DNA of 64,000 nucleotides from Bugula neritina (Eukaryota > Animalia > Bryozoa). The stretch is taken from NCBI GenBank assembly GCA_964035545.1, contig OZ037768.1, positions 13,711,675-13,775,674 on the forward strand. Reading direction: 5' to 3'. A program made the position numbers and the translations under genes. Shown piece by piece: positions 56,101 through 64,000 of this stretch. Position 1 is the first letter of the stretch, and the number at the start of each line of letters is the position of its first letter. The notes under the pieces are model-generated. The model worked only from the letters and a program-made list of their open reading frames with translations, was not told the origin of the DNA and ran no database searches.

Positions 56101-59100
56101 CCATTAGTAGAAATTACAAAATTCTAGCTTCATTGGGAATAGTTATCATCAGCATTTTAGGTATTAATTACTCAATCTACATTCTTTTCTATTTATACTC
56201 TATACGTATAATAGGCATAGGGTAAAACTTTAAGGCTTAATTATTAGTATTCCTAATCACCTTTTGCCATATCGTAATTGCCAGTTGTTTACTTGCTTAT
56301 AGCAAAGGTGTAGGAGGGCTTTGCTTTGTTTAAACTGCAGATGAGTATTAGTTCTGTTTAAGATATACTTGGTGAGTAACGTCTGCTGACCACTGTCTGT
56401 GATATTATAAAGTTTAAACTATGCAAAGTTAGCATTACGGGAATGGGTTTTTCATTTGACCAATAAGAATATAATGCTGTTTAAATAAAAACACTATCTT
56501 TGTGGGGGAGATTCCTTTGAATAGAATGGCCATCTCACTGCTCTGTATATGGGAACTGGTCATTCGATCACAACTGAATGAAATATTTTGTACCATGACA
56601 GAGATCTGCAATTGTGATGGCACACAGTTACAGAATATTGAAATTATCTTTTTTATTAATATTATAAGCGTCTCTTCTAAGTTATAACCTTATTCTGGAA
56701 TGTAGTTTAATTTATAATAAATTTAATCATTTTATTTATCTTAGCTGCTATTATTCCAGTGAAGTACCAGGCATCTTGGATTCGTATAATATTTTGTTGA
56801 CTACTGTAAATTGACAGACATTTTTACCATGAAAATTGCTAATAAGCCTTTACTTTTTTGCCTAAAATAATTTATCTATAGATGGTTTGATTAAAAAAAA
56901 TTACAAAAATGTACATATCTGCAGGGCTTTTGGGTCTAATACATTAATTAAATATAGCAAAAACCAAGGCTGAGTGAGAGGGGTGAAAACACCATGCAGT
57001 AGAGCATCAACTAAAACTAAACCAATAATGGCCACATTTGTTTACATCATGATTTAAAAATCATCAAACAGATTACACTTATAACCAGTTAATTTGGAGT
57101 TGTCTTTTTTAGAAGAACAAACCTGTAAGAATTGACCACAGAAACATGTATTTTTCCATTAAATGTAACCATTCACTAAATTGCCATTCAAACAATGGAA
57201 ATTTAGTGAATTTGATATTCCCTGTATATCACAAGATAAATGTTAATTACTGTGTACACTAGATTTGGTAGCCACCGTAAAAAATAATATTTGTATTAGC
57301 AGTCTTAAATTAATATTTTAATGTACAGTATTTAAATACTCGTGCATTATATTTTGCATAGTGTTGGTTTAAATTATTCGGTCTAGCAAGATGAAAGGTT
57401 GCTTATTGCATTGCTATTAAAATATAGCACTACAGATCGTATAATAATAAGGTTCATATTTACTCTTAAAATTACTGGAATAAGATGACATGAGTGAATT
57501 AAATGCTTTTTCATTTTCTCAGAAAATTATCTTGAAATCAAAGGTCATCGATTAGTTTTTATAATGTTTTAGTTTAGAGATCAAGGATGCCATGGTAGAG
57601 GATTCTGGGCTATATATCCTTCGAGTGTCAAATGATATTGGCAACACACAGACGTCAGCAAACATCTTGGTGAAAGGTAAGAGAATAGACATTAGTTTCA
57701 CTTCAAACCGAGATTAACTTTAGGTATTGGCTAGATGCAGCTGTATACTTTGGTGCTATGAATGAACCATGTAACACTTATGAGTGATTATACATAGCAG
57801 CTGGCTTTCATCATGTAAAGTTTATGTTTTCCACTTTATGGAAAATGCATCATAGTAACTGACTGACGTACATACATATGGGTATACTTGGTGATGATAT
57901 AGTATACTGTTGATATAAAATTAATGTACATTATGTTATACTATACTATGTTATGTTATATTATATTATGTGTGATGTTATCTGTGAGTAATATAAAGTA
58001 AGAATTATCTGAAATGTGCAGCACTTTCAGATGTTGTGTTGCTGTTATATCACTGTGCTGTCATTTAAAACTATTTTTTACATCAACAGAAAAATGGAGA
58101 AAGCCAGGTAAATTTTCACAGGAAGTTGAAGCATTGTAATATTTTTTTTAGAATTTCAGCATTGGTGATATTTATATTTAACTATAATCTAACTGTCTCT
58201 TTACCTTCACATTATAAATAGACTAAATGAAATGCATAGAATGGTATATTTAAACACATTTGATTATAACCTCTAGAAAGTCTAGATGTAGGCACATGAT
58301 GCATCGGAGTTGATAATTGTGTTACAGCAGAATATATTACAAGTAATTATAAAGCAAAATATTCAATTTGGCAATAATTGTTATTGAGTTGAGCTCCATA
58401 ATTTGTTAAACAATCTACTACTTTTATTTTGCTAAGCTAACCTTCTTTGCATGCTTTCAATACAGCAGCAGCAGCAGTAGCAGCAGCAACAATGCTATCT
58501 GAGTTTACTTCACCCTTGCCCCTATATTATATCAAGCTTGCTAATCCTGATTTTGTTCTTTTCCCTTAAATAATATCTCAGTTATAACAGATCTTTAGGT
58601 TGCTAGATCCCTACGCTTTTGTTAGTATCTGTTGTTCTGGTGTCACTTTTCCGCAATTAATAGTTATAATTCTACTTAAAAAGAATGCTTCTTTTTTCTA
58701 TATGATAATAGTGGCATATAAAGAATATTATTAAATGTTTTATGTGTACAAATAGCTAACTATAACATGTGACTTATATTATTCCACACCCACTACTTAG
58801 TATATTTAGACATCAGTTTAATGTACTATTTCAGGCTCTAAAAGAACAACCACTCCTCAAATACCAACAGTAAAAATTCACGAACCCGTGGATGATCCTC
58901 CAAGTAAAAGTTTTATTAGAAATTTTGCTTTTCTAAACAACTAACAAGCTGCTATACCATTTCATTTGTACTAATTCTGTGCTGTTGAGATATATTTGCT
59001 TCTTTTGTTTAACTCTGCAACAAAAACTGCATAACATTCTTCAAGAAGAATTTATTGACTTTCCATTTTCCTTAACAAAATCTACTCAAAAGAAGAGATA

Positions 59101-62100
59101 AAAATCCTCTTTTTTCCTACTACATATTTTAACATATAGCATAATATTTTGTATTTCAGGTTTGAAGCAATCATCACCAGTAATTCCCGTAGTTCAGATA
59201 CAAATCCATGAACCTGTAGATCAGGACGAAAGTAATTAATAATTGTGCTTGAATAAAACACTAACTTGTGTAGTCTACACATAAAACTTGATTTGACTTT
59301 TATTATTTTCAATACTAATCATTCAATTGCAGCACTCGAATGCAGTTTACAGTATTTTCTTTGAAATACACCCACAAACAAAAGCAAATAACTATAAGCA
59401 TAACATTCTGCTGCACTTTAACAAATGCTTGAAACTATACCACCTAACAGGATGTAACATTTAGGATGTAGACGGTTTCCATTATAAATTAAGTGTGCAG
59501 TTTGCATTATAACGCTTTTGCTTGTTACTAACTGTTGAATTTATTGTGTTTTAAACTGATAATAAAGTTTTTATATTCGTTTTAGGTTCTGCAAGGAAAT
59601 TACAAGATGCTGTAAGTGTGTAATATATATACATGTATATACAGTAAGCATTTTTGCAAGATAAGGGAATTAGCGGATGTGTGTTGTAATAAATACATGT
59701 TACCATTTGTCATAATCACAATTTTCTCATAAGAAATAGTTCTATACTAAAGAAACATCTCACTAAATTACAAATTATAATCAATTTATCAGACAGCTAA
59801 TCCGGATTTCCTATGTTTACAGCTTCCTCCGGGATATGAAAATGAAGGACCTAAAAGGAAACCAAAAGTTACAGAGCCCTCATCACCAACAGAAGAAAGA
59901 GACGGGCCATATTTCATCAAGAAACCCCAAAACCACACAGCGCCTGAAGGTAGGTTTTTGCTTTAAATAATACACGAGAACACAAATTAACTATCATTGA
60001 TGTGTTAGAAAAAATACCTTCGGTATGGTTTTTATATATAATTCATTAGATTTTGATTTACTTTTGTGTTGCAGGAGAAACAATTAACATATCATTTGAG
60101 ATATCAGGAGAGTATATGCCAGAGATCCGGTTTTTCAACGGGAAAAGAGAGATTAAACCTGGTAACAAAACAAAATTTAATATTGACACAGCAGCAAAAT
60201 CTGGCACAATAAGCATTCTGAAGCCCAGGCTTATAGATGAGGGGAAATACTCTATCCAGCTCATCACAAAAGAGAATACCGTGTCAGATGATGCCAACTT
60301 CAACATCTTTGTCAAAGGTAAGCAGATAGACACAAATATTGTCAGACTTTCTCTCTGTAACCAAACTTTTTAGGCACTGAGAGACTTTTATAGACTTTAT
60401 AGACTTTTACCAGAAATATTGATCATATAACGGTTAATAATTTCAAGTTTTTGGCACTGAACTGGTTTATCAGTACATCCCAATTGATTTTCTCATTTTT
60501 TAACAAAGCAAGCTGCTGCAACTGCTAGTCATTATTGCAACATCTTATGTACATCTGCTGGTTTTCCCTTGCCATTAAAAAAACAACATACTGATTCAAC
60601 AACACCTTCTATGGTGATATAAAATACTGCCTTTAGCTGCCATTTAGCCCTGTTTGTAAATATGTTGTATCTATAGTATTTATATTATATTTGTGAATAA
60701 ATCAACAGAGCCCAGCTTGAGGAACTCGCGTGAGGCATCTGTTTCCAGTGACCAAGGTATTGCTACGAGTAGCTAGACACTCAGCTCTTCTATATACATT
60801 ATTTGCAGGTGTTTTATGGTGCTTATAGCTTCCTAATTAGTGAGCTCAGTAGTTGCTGCTTGTAGCTCTCCATCCTCTAAGTTCAGCAGCTGCTGCTGCC
60901 TATCTTTTCTTTAGTGTTAGGCTTTACACTTGCTGCCCGAAGTCTTGGCAGTTACAATATATACTTTCTGAAGAGTTGCAAACCTATATTTTGTTTTGAG
61001 AGTGAATTCTTCTTTATCCATCTTTCTTATTCACCATTTTGTAACTACCACAATCATATCCATCTCATCTCTACCAACTCCACAGCATTAAACTTTAGAC
61101 TAAAGAAGTTTTTGTTAAAATCTTCTGCTGCATTAATCTGCTTGCATTAATAGAAAGCTTCAGACCTTTTTATTATAACCAACATGATGGTACACTGTGA
61201 AAATATTTTTTACTACTTAAAAAGACAAGAATGATACAAATAAGGTATTGTATAGCTTTACATAATGTGCTCAAGTGACACCTTTGTCTCCCTCATATAA
61301 TGGCATCCGGCTTTCTAATGAAGCAGAAGTTGCTAGTTAGTATATGCTGAGTTTTTAACTTTATTTATGTGAAATCTTCATGATCTAAATCTTGCATATA
61401 TAAATACTTCAATTGAGTTAAAATGTAATTTTGTGTCCGTGTGGCTCTAACTAAGATGACTCTGAAGCACATTTCAACATTTTTCACTTAAAATGTTGTA
61501 CTTGAAGTACTTTAGGGTCATTTTTGCATGCTAGTCTCTTCTGCCACACCCATTGGGAACAGTCTGCTGAGGGTAAAACTAAAGTTATTTTCACTTCTTA
61601 TTTTAGACCCAAAAGATTCTCAATTAGATTTTAGAGATATACTCAAACATAAAGATTCCAAGAAAAGGAAGAGTGAAGATGAGGTTCCTGATTGGGGACA
61701 CTTGAAACATAGTAAGTCATATAACTTGATAACTTATAACTTATAAGTCATGTAGTATGTAGTAACTTGATGTGTTATAAATCATGTGGTATGTAGTAAC
61801 TTGATATGTTATAAATCATGTGGTATGTAGTAACTTGAGACATATAGTAAGTCATGTGGTATGTAGTAACTTGATAAACATTGAGAATCGAATGCTCAAT
61901 ATGGTGAATGGAGGAAAGTCAAAGCTGGGTCAAATATGCACAGCAAAATTTATACAAATAATATTTATGTTGAATAAAATTAGAAGTAAGAACAAGCAGA
62001 CACACACACATATACACATGGACACAAACACACACATCAACACACACACACACCAACACACATACCAACACAAGCACACATACACACAAACACACACAGA

Positions 62101-63112
62101 CAAACAGACACACACTAACACATGCAAACACATGCAAACGCACGCAACTAAATTCTCATAGATGAAACTTTAATGTAAGAAAGTGCTGATGTACCAAAGA
62201 GTAATACAATATAACATTGTAGGGGATAGGGAACCCTCTGTTGAAAAGGTAATCCTTAACACTGGGAATCACAGCCTTGCTAGTCTATTGGCAGCTACTA
62301 TTTTTATTTGAATATTTTCACCATTAACATGCATGCCGTTTGTACCATAACACGAGGGTATATTATGGCATTATGGTGACTCCATGTAATGTTCTGTTTA
62401 CGCAAGTATGTCTGTTATGGTGACCCTTAAAAGTATTTTCAAAGCTGACGACAGTGTAAGCTCTAGCCGAAGCAACAGCGTAACCAGCGTTGACATCTTG
62501 GAACAAGTAACTGCTCAACGTAAAGTTTCATATGAAATAGTGCGAAGTGCACTGAGAAAAACCAGCCTAGGTTCTGCGGTATGAGATTACAGCAGTAGTA
62601 GACTGTTGGCTGAATAGGGTAGATGTCCCTGCTGTAGTTGTAGCCGCTCCTTGGTTATGAACTGACATGGTTAAAAATTTTAGCTGGTGCCTCCATCTTT
62701 CAATTCTTCTAATTCTCGATGACCCTTTCCTGTCAATTTGAAAAAACTTAGTTCACCCTTTTTAAAAATAAAGTGTGAGTTTTTGGTACAGTGTCCATGT
62801 GCATGTGGTGAAGCATGTGAGTTTTATTTTCTCTGTTGAAACTATTGTCATGCATTGATGTACACTACAAAACTAGACATTTGGACCAGTTTCAGTTTTT
62901 GATGTGCTATATGACTATGTATGAATTTTATTCCTTATAGAAAGCAATTTTTTAGTCTGACTATAAACGGTGCTTTATAGAAGTTTGTTTGTATATCTCA
63001 TCAATAGAGTCTGCCTGGAAGTGGTCGAAATAGTGGTCGAAATAGTCGACGAGGCTCTAGTGTTACTGAAATAGAGCTGCCTGCTTTACGTAAAGTCAGC
63101 ACGGAGAATATG
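41191..63112 (+). CDS. unc-22: Twitchin (unc-22/projectin family giant muscle protein), 5' part: Ig1-Ig7 and the following phosphorylation linker; continues beyond the window
   Basis: Exons 41191-41316, 41808-41973, 43643-43657, 43879-43900, 44397-44536, 46249-46407, 47645-47760, 48093-48200, 49038-49128, 50880-50894, 51655-51863, 52168-52268, 53306-53516, 53803-53893, 55258-55349, 55930-56072, 57573-57676, 58090-58107, 58835-58903, 59160-59231, 59586-59611, 59823-59949, 60075-60317, (60709-60756), 61607-61711, 62223-62248, 63008-63112, all phase-compatible. I-set repeats of the APTFTSKP..DGGTY..AKN.FGESNANI.LN type typical of twitchin/DIM-1 N-termini; DFRDIL and RRGS after Ig7. Kinase and Fn3 domains are not in the window. 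Confidence 0.82.
41615..41790. repeat. Imperfect 8-10-bp tandem repeat (AGTCATAG/AGTCACAT)
   Basis: Directly visible, just upstream of the twitchin exon 2 acceptor. Confidence 0.9.
43005..43275. repeat. Minisatellite, about 44-bp unit (GACTTCTCTGCAGTAGTTCTATTGTAAATATACTGACATACAAT), about 6 copies
   Basis: Diverged tandem units in twitchin intron 2. Confidence 0.85.
50449..50638 (+). CDS. Candidate alternative first coding exon of twitchin (before Ig4)
   Basis: ATG, 63 open codons, CAG|GTAGGG phase-1 donor matching the next acceptors; no pyrimidine-rich acceptor upstream; TCAGTT initiator-like element near 50389. Confidence 0.6.
61712..61876. repeat. About 33-bp tandem repeat (AATCATGTGGTATGTAGTAACTTGATATGTTATA), 4-5 copies
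   Basis: Starts at the donor of the DFRxxL exon. Confidence 0.85.
61997..62146. repeat. Imperfect (CA)n microsatellite
   Basis: Directly visible. Confidence 0.95.
62408..62578 (+). CDS. Candidate second internal first exon of twitchin (57 codons)
   Basis: MSVMVTLKSIFKADDSVSSSRSNSVTSVDILEQVTAQRKVSYEIVRSALRKTSLGSA then GCG|GTATGA phase-0 donor, compatible with the phase-0 acceptor at 63008. Confidence 0.55.
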
Positions 63113-64000
63113 GTAAATTTACTATGTGCTTCAGGGCAATGCTGAGTGAATTGGAATTAATGTCTGTTTTTTTCTATTTTATTAAATTGATTTAATCAGT
63201 GTATTTATATTTAATATTTTGAACCTTTTTAGAGTGTTAGTAAACTTTCTAGAACAAAAACTTTGCTCATTTTGCAAAAATGTATGCAGCTTATGATTCT
63301 AGACTGATTATTCCATATCTTGGTAGACATATTAATTGATACTATAATATTTTCTGTATACACAACCTATTCTCTGTAAGTCTTTAAGCATGTTTATTTA
63401 AAATAGTTTTTTACCACAGTATAAAATATAATAAAAACATCAGATTAAGAATCAACATGTATATGAGATTAACCAGTCAATTAGTCTGTAATTTCTGATG
63501 CAATCAATTTGGTAAAGTTTAGAATGTACTGTTTGATAAAAATATAATGTATGCTACATAAGGAATTAACATTGAAAAACTGAAAGTATATTGCGCTGAG
63601 AAAACTGCTACCATTATAAGAGACGATTAGAGAACTGTTTGTAAAAACTCGACATTTATAATGTTAATGAATTTTGTTTTTCTAATTATCTTTTTGTCTG
63701 TTAAAATTTGTGCTCAAACCAAAACAACTGAGCTAAATCAAGTTTTAAAAGTTAAAGCTAAACCATAGCAGTGTGTGTTTCAAAATACAGTAGTAAAATC
63801 AGGCATAAAAAATAAAAGTTTGAGTGCCGATTTTCTTTTAGTTTTTACATGCAAGAATTTGGAGAAAATATTTAACATCATGCAAATTTAGTTGTGTTCT
63901 TTATTGAGTTATGTATTAGTTTACTTTAAATATTTAGTATAGAAACAAGGTCTAAATCTATTAATGCAATTGATTATTCAGTGACAGGAAAAACTTAAAT

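Noticed and set aside
62684-62722. Possible terminal twitchin exon LVPPSFNSSNSR-stop
   Set aside because: Only a modest acceptor and 12 codons, easily arising by chance.

Overview
AT-rich, intron-rich animal genomic DNA from an invertebrate (the twitchin architecture suggests a lophotrochozoan; this is inference). There is no CRISPR array, rRNA or tRNA. Gene order: a RING/B-box TRIM exon (-, gene leaves the window to the left); a transposon-rich spacer (5'-truncated LINE, hAT MITE, Harbinger-type MITE within degenerate hexamer arrays); PDCD6/ALG-2 (+); OTUD5 (+); a two-exon orphan single-pass membrane protein gene (+); IST1 (-); a decayed Gypsy-like LTR element (-); an EFCAB12-like EF-hand gene (+) with an intronic TA-TSD DNA transposon; and the 5' part of twitchin (+, 7 I-set Ig domains, many micro-exons), which leaves the window to the right. 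Exon models were built by hand from GT/AG sites and frame continuity and have no transcript support. Most notable: (1) two tandem 62-nt exons that each encode PDCD6 EF-hand 1 and look mutually exclusive; (2) a twitchin regulatory region built from small exons carrying PxIxIT-like calcineurin-docking motifs, a DFRxxL actin-binding motif and PKA sites, plus two candidate internal first exons and a truncating exon pair; (3) a 285-aa orphan type III membrane protein missed by the ORF track; (4) a decayed copy of the OTUD5 catalytic exon upstream of its own gene.
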